From positions 1-63,508 of the forward strand of contig JAZLLM010000001.1 of the NCBI GenBank assembly GCA_045598145.1: a DNA stretch of 63,508 nucleotides, given 5' to 3'. The notes under the pieces are model-generated. The model searched no databases. It was given only the letters and a program-made list of their open reading frames with translations, and had not been told where the DNA came from. This DNA is from Bacilli bacterium (GTDB lineage: Bacteria > Bacillota_I > Bacilli_A > ML615J-28 > CAG-698). Of this stretch, positions 40,565 through 49,864 are shown one piece after another. Within the stretch, counting starts at the first letter, position 1. Each line of letters opens with the position of its first letter. The translations under genes and the position numbers were made by a program.

Positions 40565-41629
40565 TTCTTTTAATATTCTTACAATTTCGTCACCAACATC
40601 GCTTGTGCTTGCCTTACCGCCTAAATCTGGTGTTAAAACATTTCCGTCACTTAATAATTCTTCAAATGATAATATCAATCTATCATACCATTTTTGATAA
40701 CCTAAGTGTTTTAGCATTCCTCCAGCAGCCCATATTTGTGCAATAGGATTCGCAATGTTAAGACCTGCAATATCTGGTGCAGAGCCGTGAATTGATTCAA
40801 ACATTGAAGGATATTTTTTCTCAGGATTAATATTATCACCAGCAGCAAGTCCCATTCCACCAGCAATAGCGGCACCCAAATCCGTTAATATATCACCAAA
40901 TAAATTACTTGTAACAACCACATCAAATCTTTCTGGATGTAATACAAACATCATACTGGCTGCATCAACCATCAATTGATTATGAATAATATCTGGATAT
41001 TCTTTACTAACTTCATCAAATATTTGATTCCAAAAAACCATTGAATAATTTAAAGCATTACCTTTAGTTACTGATGTAACGGTTTTTCTTCCTTCTTTTC
41101 TAGCAAGTTCAAAAGCATAGCGAATTACTCTTTCGCAACCTTTTCTTGTAAACTTACCAGTTTGGTATACAAACTCATCTTTAGTTCCTTTATTATGCCA
41201 TTCGCCTAGGCCTGCATATTCACCTTCACTGTTTTCTCTAATAACAACGAAATCGATATCTTTTGTGGTCTTATTTTTTAAAGGGCCATCAACGCCTTTT
41301 AATAATTTTACAGGTCTCAAGTTTATATATTGATCAAAACCAGTTCTTATTTTTAATAATAATTCTCTTAAAGAGATATGGTCAGGTACATTAGGATATC
41401 CAACTGCTCCTAAATAAATAGCATCATAATTCTTTAAAGTTCCTAAGCCATCATCATCCATCATTTTACCATGTGTTAAATAATATTCACATCCCCAATC
41501 AAAATAATCGAAATCAAATTCGAAGCTTTTATCGATATCAGAAATGGCTTTTAATACTTTAACTCCTTCATTAACGACTTCTTTTCCTATACCATCTCCT
41601 GGTATAACAGCTATTCTAAATTTTTCCAT
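40556..41629 (-). CDS. Tartrate/D-malate dehydrogenase-type enzyme (isopropylmalate/isocitrate dehydrogenase superfamily)
   Basis: IPGDGIGKEV and NLFGDILTDLGAAIAGGMGLA motifs. About 357 aa. Start at ATG 41629, which follows an AGGTG SD. Confidence 0.8.
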   Translation of the reverse strand: MEKFRIAVIPGDGIGKEVVNEGVKVLKAISDIDKSFEFDFDYFDWGCEYYLTHGKMMDDDGLGTLKNYDAIYLGAVGYPNVPDHISLRELLLKIRTGFDQYINLRPVKLLKGVDGPLKNKTTKDIDFVVIRENSEGEYAGLGEWHNKGTKDEFVYQTGKFTRKGCERVIRYAFELARKEGRKTVTSVTKGNALNYSMVFWNQIFDEVSKEYPDIIHNQLMVDAASMMFVLHPERFDVVVTSNLFGDILTDLGAAIAGGMGLAAGDNINPEKKYPSMFESIHGSAPDIAGLNIANPIAQIWAAGGMLKHLGYQKWYDRLILSFEELLSDGNVLTPDLGGKASTSDVGDEIVRILKEKY

Positions 41630-41638
41630 ACTTAACAC

Positions 41639-42802
41639 CTATTTTCTTATTACATTTGTTTTAATAGCTGCATCATATACATATTTTGCAACTCTATTAT
41701 GTGCTTCCTTATTCCAAGCATAAGGTAATATATAATCTACACTTAATTCTTCATCACTAACAGAATCCATTATTGCTTTTGTGGCTGCTATCATCATTTC
41801 CTTATTAATAACTTTAGCTTTTGCATCCAATGCTCCTCTAAAAATACCAGGGAATACCAATACATTATTAATTTGGTTAGGGTTTTTACTGCTACCACTA
41901 CCTACAATATATCCTACTTCTTTGGCATCTTCATAACTAATTTCAGGGTTTGGATTAGCACAAGGGAATAATATAGGTTTTGCATTCATTGTTTTTACCA
42001 TATCTTTAGTTAGTACATTAGCACATGATACACCAATAAATACATCACTATTTATAATAGCATCTTTTAAAAGGCCTTTGATTCCTTCTTTGTTTATAAG
42101 TTTAGCTAATTCTCTTTGGGCATTATTAAAATCATCATTATCATTAATGATGCCATTTTTATCAACAACCTTTATATGCTTTGCTCCTAAATCTAATAAA
42201 TATTTACAAATAGAAATGCCTGCAGCTCCAGCTCCATTTATTACTATTTTAATTTCTTCTATTTTTTTATTAGCAAGTTTTAAAGCATTTAGTAAAGCAG
42301 CTGCCATTACAATAGCTGTACCATGCTGATCATCATGAAATACTGGAATTGATAATTCATTAATTAATCTTTTTTCGATATCAAAACATCTAGGTGCACT
42401 AATATCTTCTAGGTTTATTCCGCCAAAGCTACCTTCTAAATATTTAATGGTTTTAATAATTTCTTCACTGTCATTAGTATTAATTGATAAAGGAAAAGCA
42501 TTAACATTGCCATATTCTTTAAATAATGCACATTTACCTTCCATAACTGGCATTCCTGCAATAGGTCCAATATTACCTAAACCTAATATAGCTGATCCGT
42601 CAGTAATAACAGCTACATAATTATTTCTACCTGTAAGGTTAAATGATTCTTTTTCGTCATCCTTTATAGCTAAACATGCATCAGCTACACCAGGAGTGTA
42701 AGCTAAAGATAGTTCATCTCTATTAGATACACTAACCTTAGATGTAATCTCTATTTTACCATTCCATTCTCTATGTTTTTTAATAGCTTCTGTTTCTTTC
42801 AT
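41639..42802 (-). CDS. NAD(P)-dependent malic enzyme (short form)
   Basis: FHDDQHGTAIV and GAGAAG motifs. 387 aa. Confidence 0.9.
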   Translation of the reverse strand: MKETEAIKKHREWNGKIEITSKVSVSNRDELSLAYTPGVADACLAIKDDEKESFNLTGRNNYVAVITDGSAILGLGNIGPIAGMPVMEGKCALFKEYGNVNAFPLSINTNDSEEIIKTIKYLEGSFGGINLEDISAPRCFDIEKRLINELSIPVFHDDQHGTAIVMAAALLNALKLANKKIEEIKIVINGAGAAGISICKYLLDLGAKHIKVVDKNGIINDNDDFNNAQRELAKLINKEGIKGLLKDAIINSDVFIGVSCANVLTKDMVKTMNAKPILFPCANPNPEISYEDAKEVGYIVGSGSSKNPNQINNVLVFPGIFRGALDAKAKVINKEMMIAATKAIMDSVSDEELSVDYILPYAWNKEAHNRVAKYVYDAAIKTNVIRK

Positions 42803-42836
42803 TTTTATTCCTTCTTTTTAAAAAAGACCTTTCAAA

Positions 42837-43376
42837 TTAGAAAGGCATTTTAAGTAAATATTTAATTAAAAATCTAAATCCGTATTCTCCATTTAAAGCA
42901 TCTTCATATGCTTGTCTAATTTGTTCCATTAATTCTGGATCTGAGAAAATTATAATTAATTCAATAAAGAAAATAATATTAATAAAAATTGCTATTGCGC
43001 TTAATACAATACCTACTATAGCTTTTCCCATATTTTCTTTATCTTTTTTACAAGCAAGAGCACCAAATACAATTGACACAATACCAAATGGTAATCCAGC
43101 AATAAATAAACAGCAAACAATTGTTGTTGCTATTGCAATAATTCCAGTAATTAAAGAAATCTTTGCATAATTATTTTTAGGTCCATTATTAGCATAAATA
43201 TTATTATTTTGATAATTATATTGAGGTTGTCCATATTGAGCATTATATTGGTTGTTATATTGATTGTTATATTCTTGAGTTTGCTCAGGTTTTTTCTCTT
43301 CTTCTAATTGTGAACCACATACTGCGCAATACTTAGCTTGAGGTGGGTTTTCTGTTCCACATATTCTACACTTCAT
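42837..43376 (-). CDS. Zinc-ribbon / Q-N-Y-rich / DUF4190-like membrane protein
   Basis: N-terminal CRICG...CAVCG, then a QYNNQYN low-complexity linker, then two or three TM helices. Confidence 0.7.
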   Translation of the reverse strand: MKCRICGTENPPQAKYCAVCGSQLEEEKKPEQTQEYNNQYNNQYNAQYGQPQYNYQNNNIYANNGPKNNYAKISLITGIIAIATTIVCCLFIAGLPFGIVSIVFGALACKKDKENMGKAIVGIVLSAIAIFINIIFFIELIIIFSDPELMEQIRQAYEDALNGEYGFRFLIKYLLKMPF

Positions 43377-43400
43377 AAATATCCTCCTATATCATCTTAC

Positions 43401-43409
43401 ATTATATCA
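43401..43409 (-). promoter_or_regulatory. Extended -10 (TGATATAAT) for the zinc-ribbon gene
   Basis: Minus strand TGATATAAT lies about 25 nt upstream of ATG 43376. A GGAGGA SD follows. Confidence 0.45.
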
Positions 43410-43472
43410 TAGCCATTTTAAAAAATAAATAAAAATGTTTTATAAAAAATATTTGAATACTTTTTTATAAAA

Positions 43473-44657
43473 TTACTTATAATCATTAATTAGGTCTTCA
43501 AATGCTTTTAAGCTTCTTAAAATCATATCAGTATCAACACAATAAGAGATTCTTATATAGCCAGTAACACCAAATGAATCACTTGGAACTAATAATAATT
43601 CGTGTTTTTTTGCCCTCTCAGAAAACTCATTTGCATCTTCACCTAGTGCTTTTATAAATAAATAAAATGCGCCATTTGGATATGTTACTTGATATCCCAT
43701 TCTAGTAAGTTCTTTATATAGAATATCACGATTCTTTTCATATATAGTAATATCTGAAGTTTTACCTAAACAATAAGGTATCATATATTGGAATAGAGCT
43801 GGAGCACATACATAACCCAAACTTCTTCCAGCACCGCATATTGATTTAAATATTTTTACTTTTTCTATACACTTGTTTGATACCAAAATATAGCCAATTC
43901 TTTCTCCAGGAAGTGATAATGATTTACTAAATGAATAACATACTATAGTATTATCATAGAATTTAGTAACAAAAGGTGTTTGTACTCCATCATAAACTAG
44001 TTCTCTATATGGTTCATCAGCAATTATAAAAATGTTTGAATTAAATTCCTTTTGCTTTTTATATAATAAATTAGCTAATTCTTTTAATTCATCTTCACTA
44101 ATTAATACGCCAGTTGGATTATTTGGTGAATTAATTATAATTGCTTTGGTTTTAGAACTTATTGCTTTTTCTAAAGATTCAAAATCAATTTTAAAGGTTT
44201 TATCTTTACATTTAACTACTACTAATTTACCATTAGCTTTTTCAGTGAAAACCCTGTATTCAGGAAAAAAAGGAGCAAGAGCAATTACTTCATCACCCTC
44301 ATTTATTAATGCGTTTAAAGAAATAGTTAAAGAAGCTGCAGCACCACATGTTAAATATATTAAGCTGGCGCTTTCGTTTACACCATATGTAGAATTAACA
44401 TAATTAGCTATACTTTCTCTAACATCTTTATCTCCTATAGCTGTAGTATATGCATGTAATTTTGTTGGTTCTGTTTTTGTTATGATATCAATTAATGCCT
44501 CATTTACTACGCTAGGACTAGGCACACTTGGATTACCTAAACTGAAATCAAAAACTTTGTCTTCCCCAATTTGTTCTTTTCTTTTTCTTCCGTATTCAAA
44601 TAATTCTCTTATAGCTGAACCTTTATTTCCAAGGCCAAACATTTTTTCATTATACAT
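43473..44657 (-). CDS. PLP-dependent class I aminotransferase (aspartate/aromatic type)
   Basis: PLP lysine motif YSFSKSLSLPGERIGY. 394 aa. Confidence 0.88.
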   Translation of the reverse strand: MYNEKMFGLGNKGSAIRELFEYGRKRKEQIGEDKVFDFSLGNPSVPSPSVVNEALIDIITKTEPTKLHAYTTAIGDKDVRESIANYVNSTYGVNESASLIYLTCGAAASLTISLNALINEGDEVIALAPFFPEYRVFTEKANGKLVVVKCKDKTFKIDFESLEKAISSKTKAIIINSPNNPTGVLISEDELKELANLLYKKQKEFNSNIFIIADEPYRELVYDGVQTPFVTKFYDNTIVCYSFSKSLSLPGERIGYILVSNKCIEKVKIFKSICGAGRSLGYVCAPALFQYMIPYCLGKTSDITIYEKNRDILYKELTRMGYQVTYPNGAFYLFIKALGEDANEFSERAKKHELLLVPSDSFGVTGYIRISYCVDTDMILRSLKAFEDLINDYK

Positions 44658-44671
44658 ACTATTTCTCCGTT

Positions 44672-45508
44672 TTATAAATTCAATATTCTATATGCATTTT
44701 TATATAATATTTTATCTTTATCGTCATTTGATAAATTTAATTTATCAAATTCATATTTCATATCTTTAGTATTCATCCAAGGATTGTCACTAGCAAATAA
44801 TATTTTGTCACTACCATGTTTATTTATTATATCTATTAATAAATTATCTTTTATTAAATCGCTATATGTACCATCAAGATTAGAAACTTGACCTATAGTC
44901 ATAGCTAAATCAAGATAACAATCGAACTTGCCAGCAAGCAATTCGTTTACCTTGTCCCATTCATATAAAGCTCCTAAATGAGCAAGAACAATTTTACCTT
45001 TATTTATCTTTTTAAGTAAACTAATAACATTGTTTATACTTGAGTGCATATCATTAGGGAATCCTGGATCTAAACCTGCATGAACTACAACAATCATATC
45101 ATATTTAAAAGCCTCATTAATAATATTAATATATCTGATATCATCAATATTACAATTTTGATATACTGGATGCAATTTAATTCCTTTAATATTAGCTTCA
45201 CTTAGTCTTTTTATTTCTTCTTTATAATTATCGTAATCTGGATGCATTCCGCCAAAAGCAATAATATTATTTTCTTTCGTTAAAGTATTAATCCTAATAC
45301 TTTCATTGTTAATTGATATAGTATTTTTAGGATTAGTAATTACAGGTAATGTAATTGAATAATCGATTCCATTTCTTTGCATATCTTTTAATAAACCTAA
45401 ATAAGTGCCATCAAAAGATGCCTTCATAGATCCTTTAATCTCTAATTCAGATATGGCTTTATTTGCTATACGTTCAGGAAATATATGTGTGTGAAAATCG
45501 ATTACCAT
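44672..45508 (-). CDS. Amidohydro_2-type TIM-barrel metal-dependent hydrolase/decarboxylase
   Basis: N-terminal IDFHTHIFP (HxH), then HAG..., AHLG and SDNPW. Start at ATG 45508, which follows an AAGGTGG SD. Confidence 0.75.
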   Translation of the reverse strand: MVIDFHTHIFPERIANKAISELEIKGSMKASFDGTYLGLLKDMQRNGIDYSITLPVITNPKNTISINNESIRINTLTKENNIIAFGGMHPDYDNYKEEIKRLSEANIKGIKLHPVYQNCNIDDIRYINIINEAFKYDMIVVVHAGLDPGFPNDMHSSINNVISLLKKINKGKIVLAHLGALYEWDKVNELLAGKFDCYLDLAMTIGQVSNLDGTYSDLIKDNLLIDIINKHGSDKILFASDNPWMNTKDMKYEFDKLNLSNDDKDKILYKNAYRILNL

Positions 45509-45520
45509 ATTAACCACCTT

Positions 45521-47158
45521 CTATTTAGTTGTTTGTGCTTCTACTAAATTATTAACGCAATATTTTTCTCTAAGTTTAGGTTTTTCAATTTTTCCAGTAG
45601 GATTTCTTGGAACTTTATCAAAGATAATCTTACGTGGTCTTTTATATCTTGGTATTTTTAAACAAAATTCATTAACTTCATCTTCAGTTAAAGTCATGTC
45701 TTCTTTAACCTCAATAATTGCAGCGGCTATTTCACCTAATCTATTATCAGGTAAACCAATAACAGCTACGTCTTTAATCTTATCATTACTCCTTAAGAAA
45801 TCTTCAATTTGAACTGGATATAAGTTTTCTCCTCCCGTGATAATAACATCTTTCTTTCTATCTACTAAATAAATGAAGCCATCGATATCGTATTTTGCCA
45901 TATCACCAGTATATAACCATTCCCCATCTAAAATTTCTTTTGTAGCTTTTTCGTTATTATAATAACACTTCATAACGCCAGGTCCACTTACCGCTAATTC
46001 ACCAACTTTTTCTGGTTCCTTAATTTCATTATGTTTTTCATCCACAATTTTTGTTTTCCATAAATAGCCGGCTTTACCAATTGAACCTACTTTATTAATG
46101 TTTTCGATACCTAAATGCACACATCCTGGACCAATTGATTCACTTAGCCCATAATTTGTATCATATTTATGATGAGGGAATATTGATAACCATCTCTTAA
46201 TTAAACTAGGTGGTACTGGTTGAGCGCCAACATGCATTAATCTCCATTGGTCTAATTCAAAATCATTAAGCTCTAATTCACCTCTATCAATACAGTCTAA
46301 TATATCTTGTGCCCATGGTACTAGCAACCAAACAATGGTGCACTTTTCAGCTGATATAGTTTCAAAAATCCATTGAGGCTTAATACCACGTAATAATACA
46401 GCTTTAGAACCAGACGCTAAAGAACCAAACCAATGCATTTTAGCTCCTGTATGATATAGTGGAGGCATACATAAAAATACATCATCATGATTTTGTTTAT
46501 GATGGTTTTGTTCAGTTAAGCAAGAATTATATAGTGCTTTGTGCGCATGTAATATAGCTTTAGGAAAGCCTGTTGTACCACTAGAGAAATAAATAGCCGC
46601 ATTATCTTCTTGTGTTAAAACAATATTTGGTTTCACATTAGAAAAGAAATCTAGTTGTTTATCATAACTATCTGAAAATGAAGGTTCATCATCTCCAACA
46701 TAAAACATATTTTTGATATCTTTTAATGTGTCAAATATAGATTCTATTCTGCCAATAAATTCATTACCAAAGATTAATGTGTTACATTCTGCTAATTCTA
46801 AACAATATTTAATTTCATCAGCTGTATAACGATAATTTAGCGGTACAGCTAAAGCACCTGTTTTTAAAACACCAAAATATATAGGAAGCCATTCTATACA
46901 ATTCATTAATAAAATAGCAACTTTGTCATTTTTCTTAATGCCTTTGCTTAATAGCATATTTGCGAAACGATTAGCTTTATCATCAAATTCATTCCATGTC
47001 ATTTGGCGTCTATATCCACTACCTACTGCTGGTTCAATTAAATTAAATTCGCGCCATGTCTTAAATCTTTCTGGTTTGCTAGTTGGATTGATTTCAACTA
47101 AACATACTTCATCTCCAAATTCTCTTGCATTTCTTTCTAAAAAATCAGTAATAATCAT
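45521..47158 (-). CDS. Class I adenylate-forming acyl/aryl-CoA ligase (AMP-binding)
   Basis: YFSSGTTGFPKA (A3), YGLSE, TGD and the C-terminal PRNPTGKI lysine motif. Confidence 0.88.
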   Translation of the reverse strand: MIITDFLERNAREFGDEVCLVEINPTSKPERFKTWREFNLIEPAVGSGYRRQMTWNEFDDKANRFANMLLSKGIKKNDKVAILLMNCIEWLPIYFGVLKTGALAVPLNYRYTADEIKYCLELAECNTLIFGNEFIGRIESIFDTLKDIKNMFYVGDDEPSFSDSYDKQLDFFSNVKPNIVLTQEDNAAIYFSSGTTGFPKAILHAHKALYNSCLTEQNHHKQNHDDVFLCMPPLYHTGAKMHWFGSLASGSKAVLLRGIKPQWIFETISAEKCTIVWLLVPWAQDILDCIDRGELELNDFELDQWRLMHVGAQPVPPSLIKRWLSIFPHHKYDTNYGLSESIGPGCVHLGIENINKVGSIGKAGYLWKTKIVDEKHNEIKEPEKVGELAVSGPGVMKCYYNNEKATKEILDGEWLYTGDMAKYDIDGFIYLVDRKKDVIITGGENLYPVQIEDFLRSNDKIKDVAVIGLPDNRLGEIAAAIIEVKEDMTLTEDEVNEFCLKIPRYKRPRKIIFDKVPRNPTGKIEKPKLREKYCVNNLVEAQTTK

Positions 47159-47171
47159 AATTCTCTCCTAT

Positions 47172-47440
47172 AAAAAACGTCCTTATAAACAATGTATGTT
47201 TATATAAGGACGAATAATAATCGTGGTACCACCTTACTTCGTTAGTACTTTACAATACTAACCTCATCAAGCACAATCATGCTTTATCGCTTTAACGGGC
47301 GAACACGTCACAGCCTACTAAATTCCTTGTTTGGTGTGCAGCATAAGAAATGTATTCAAATAAATATTGTATTATCTTGCACCGAACGATAACTCTCTAT
47401 AAATCAATAATTTATTTTACTCTTTTTCTATCATAGCTTT
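47172..47440 (-). promoter_or_regulatory. T-box riboswitch leader with Tyr (UAC) specifier, including terminator/antiterminator
   Basis: Stem I has AAGAGUA opposite GAA-UAC-A (47357-47351), an AGAGAG bulge and a GGUGCAA distal loop. Also present: a CCGUUA F-box, AAGGUGGUACCACGA (47235-47221), and the terminator CGUCCUUAUA(U)AAAC/GUUUAUAAGGACG plus U6. Confidence 0.88.
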
Positions 47441-47454
47441 TATGATATACATAA

Positions 47455-47483
47455 ATATTATCAAAAAGAAAAAATAATGTCAA
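47455..47483 (-). promoter_or_regulatory. Sigma-A promoter driving the T-box leader
   Basis: Minus strand TTGACA (47483-47478), 17 nt, TAATAT (47460-47455), with TGA extended -10. Confidence 0.7.
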
Positions 47484-47484
47484 G

Positions 47485-47514
47485 AAAAAACTGCTTTCAA
47501 ATTTTTGAAAACAG
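47485..47514 (-). terminator. Intrinsic terminator after the ACT-domain gene
   Basis: CTGTTTTCAA-aaat-TTGAAAGCAG (one G-U pair) plus TTTTTT. Confidence 0.8.
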
Positions 47515-47528
47515 TTTTGCATTAATCA

Positions 47529-47960
47529 TTATTCAATTTGAATATCTTTCGCATTTAATAATTCGATATCATTTTTAGTAAATATATCTAGTGCTTCATC
47601 TAAATTTTCTACTTTTAGCATTACACTTGCGCTATTTTTATTTCCTCCTAAAAATGCATATAAATATTGTATATCAACGTTCTTTTCTTTTAATAAATTT
47701 AATGCTTTAGATAATCCACCAGGTTTATTATCAATACTGATGCCAATTACATCATTAACTTTTACCACATAATTATTTTCTTTTAATATTTTGCATGCTG
47801 TATTTGGTTTATTAACTACTAAACGTAAAACGCCATAATCAATTGTATCAGCGATTGATAAAGCATTGATATCGATATCATTCTTGCCCAGCAAATCGAT
47901 AATTTCACTTACTTTACCATGTTTATTTTCAACGAATATTGAAACTTGTTTTATAAACAT
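47529..47960 (-). CDS. Tandem ACT-domain protein
   Basis: Two ACT-like beta-alpha-beta-beta-alpha-beta repeats. This is its usual position after a phenylacetate-CoA ligase gene. Confidence 0.8.
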   Translation of the reverse strand: MFIKQVSIFVENKHGKVSEIIDLLGKNDIDINALSIADTIDYGVLRLVVNKPNTACKILKENNYVVKVNDVIGISIDNKPGGLSKALNLLKEKNVDIQYLYAFLGGNKNSASVMLKVENLDEALDIFTKNDIELLNAKDIQIE

Positions 47961-47968
47961 ATATTCAC

Positions 47969-49273
47969 CTAAATTAACTTTCTATTATCAATTACTCGCT
48001 TAGATTTACCTTCACTTCTTTCGATAGATTTAGGTCCAACTAAATTTACTGTAGCACCAATACCTAATGTATCTCTAAGTTTGCTTTCGATATCTTTTGT
48101 TATTGTTTGAATTGATTTGATATCATCAAAGAAGAAAGAATCACTCATTTCTACTTTTATTTCTAATGTATCATTATTATTTACTCTATCAACGATAATT
48201 AAATAATTAGGTGTAATTCCTCCACCAACCTTAAGTAATACTTCCTCAATTTGTGATGGGAATACATTAACTCCTCTTATAATTAACATGTCATCGCTTC
48301 TACCTTGTGGTTTACACATTCTGACAGTTGTTCTTCCACATGGACATTCATCATATATTAATCTACCCAAGTCATGAGTTCTATATCTAATAACTGGAAA
48401 AGCTTCTTTTGTAATAGTAGTAAATACTAACTCTCCTAATTCACCTGGTTTAACAGGAATTCCAGTGTTAGGGTCAACCACTTCCACAATAAACATATCT
48501 TCATTAATATGCATTCCGTTTTGATATTCACATTCATATGCGACACCAGGTCCCATAACTTCAGATAATCCATAAATATCATATGCTTTAATATTTAAAC
48601 TTTTTTCGATATATTTGCGCATTTCTTCAGTCCAAGGTTCAGCACCTAATACTGCCACCTTTAATTTGGAGTCGTTTATTAATCCTCTTGAATTAATTTC
48701 TTCAGATAAATGCATTGCATATGATGGAGTTGCACATAATGCGGTAGAACCAAAATCGATCATTGTCTGTATTTGTCTATTAGTATTACCTGTAGATGAA
48801 GGTATAGTTGTAGCACCTAGCTTCATTGCACCGTCATTAGCTCCTAAACCGCCAGTAAATAATCCATACCCAAAACAAATTTGGATAAAATCATCTTTGC
48901 TAATACCAGCTGCGCTATACGCTCTTGCTACACAATCACTCCACATATCGATATCGTTTTTTGAATATCCTACTACTATTTGCTTTCCTGTTGTACCACT
49001 AGATGCGTGCAACCTTACAACATCAGTCATTGGTATAGCAAATAAACCATAAGGATAATTATCTCTTAAATCAGATTTATAAGAAAATGGAAGTTTAGTT
49101 ATATCTTCTATTCCTTTAATGTCTTCTGGTTTTAGGTTTAATTCATCCATTCTTTGCTTAAATAGTTTAACATTATTATACATCCTTTTGACTTGCCAAA
49201 TTAATCTTTCACTTTGAAGTTTCTTAAGCTCATCTTTAGGCATGCATTCATATTCTTTTTGATATATAGCCAT
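47969..49273 (-). CDS. paaK: Phenylacetate-CoA ligase family protein (PaaK / F390-synthetase-like)
   Basis: SSGTTGKQ motif. 434 aa. Substrate unverified. Confidence 0.85.
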   Translation of the reverse strand: MAIYQKEYECMPKDELKKLQSERLIWQVKRMYNNVKLFKQRMDELNLKPEDIKGIEDITKLPFSYKSDLRDNYPYGLFAIPMTDVVRLHASSGTTGKQIVVGYSKNDIDMWSDCVARAYSAAGISKDDFIQICFGYGLFTGGLGANDGAMKLGATTIPSSTGNTNRQIQTMIDFGSTALCATPSYAMHLSEEINSRGLINDSKLKVAVLGAEPWTEEMRKYIEKSLNIKAYDIYGLSEVMGPGVAYECEYQNGMHINEDMFIVEVVDPNTGIPVKPGELGELVFTTITKEAFPVIRYRTHDLGRLIYDECPCGRTTVRMCKPQGRSDDMLIIRGVNVFPSQIEEVLLKVGGGITPNYLIIVDRVNNNDTLEIKVEMSDSFFFDDIKSIQTITKDIESKLRDTLGIGATVNLVGPKSIERSEGKSKRVIDNRKLI

Positions 49274-49284
49274 ATAAAACCTAT

Positions 49285-49854
49285 TTATTTTAAATTATAT
49301 CCTAAATCAAATGCTTTTAGATTGATATCTAATAATTTAGCAGGAACAATATTTTTAATTACATCAATCCAAACATCGTATTTGATACCACTTTGTTTTG
49401 CATATACACCAATCAAACTAACATTTACAGCTTTAGCGTTACCTGCTTCTTTTGCAAGGCTTAATGCGTCAACATCAATTACATTTACCATTTCTTTTAA
49501 TTTAGAAATGATATCTGTTGGATAAGTTGTTTGTCCTGTAATAACAGGCATTGGGTCAATTTTTTGTGTATTAACAATTATTGTACCATTTTTCTTTAAA
49601 TATGGAAGTGCACGATATGCTTCTAATTCTTCAAAAGCGAAAATTATATCTGCTTCACCTTTATCCATTATTGGTGAAAATACCTTATCTCCAAATTTAA
49701 CATATGTGATTACAGAACCACCTCTTTGGCTCATACCATGAACTTCTGATACTTTTACATCATAACCTAAACTAATAGCAGTATTACCTAAAATACGACT
49801 TGCAAGTAATGTACCTTGGCCACCAACGCCAACTATCATAATATTAGTGTTCAT
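49285..49854 (-). CDS. iorB: Indolepyruvate:ferredoxin oxidoreductase subunit beta
   Basis: GVGGQGTLLAS motif. 189 aa. Follows iorA. Confidence 0.9.
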   Translation of the reverse strand: MNTNIMIVGVGGQGTLLASRILGNTAISLGYDVKVSEVHGMSQRGGSVITYVKFGDKVFSPIMDKGEADIIFAFEELEAYRALPYLKKNGTIIVNTQKIDPMPVITGQTTYPTDIISKLKEMVNVIDVDALSLAKEAGNAKAVNVSLIGVYAKQSGIKYDVWIDVIKNIVPAKLLDINLKAFDLGYNLK

Positions 49855-49864
49855 AGTATACCTC

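Noticed and set aside
42803-42836. Short hairpin CCTTTC-taattt-GAAAGG plus T-run between the zinc-ribbon gene and the malic-enzyme gene, as a terminator separating two operons.
   Set aside because: The stem is only 6 bp. The malic-enzyme SD and ATG follow within about 20 nt, leaving no room for a promoter. This is more likely read-through or at most partial attenuation, and too weak to annotate.
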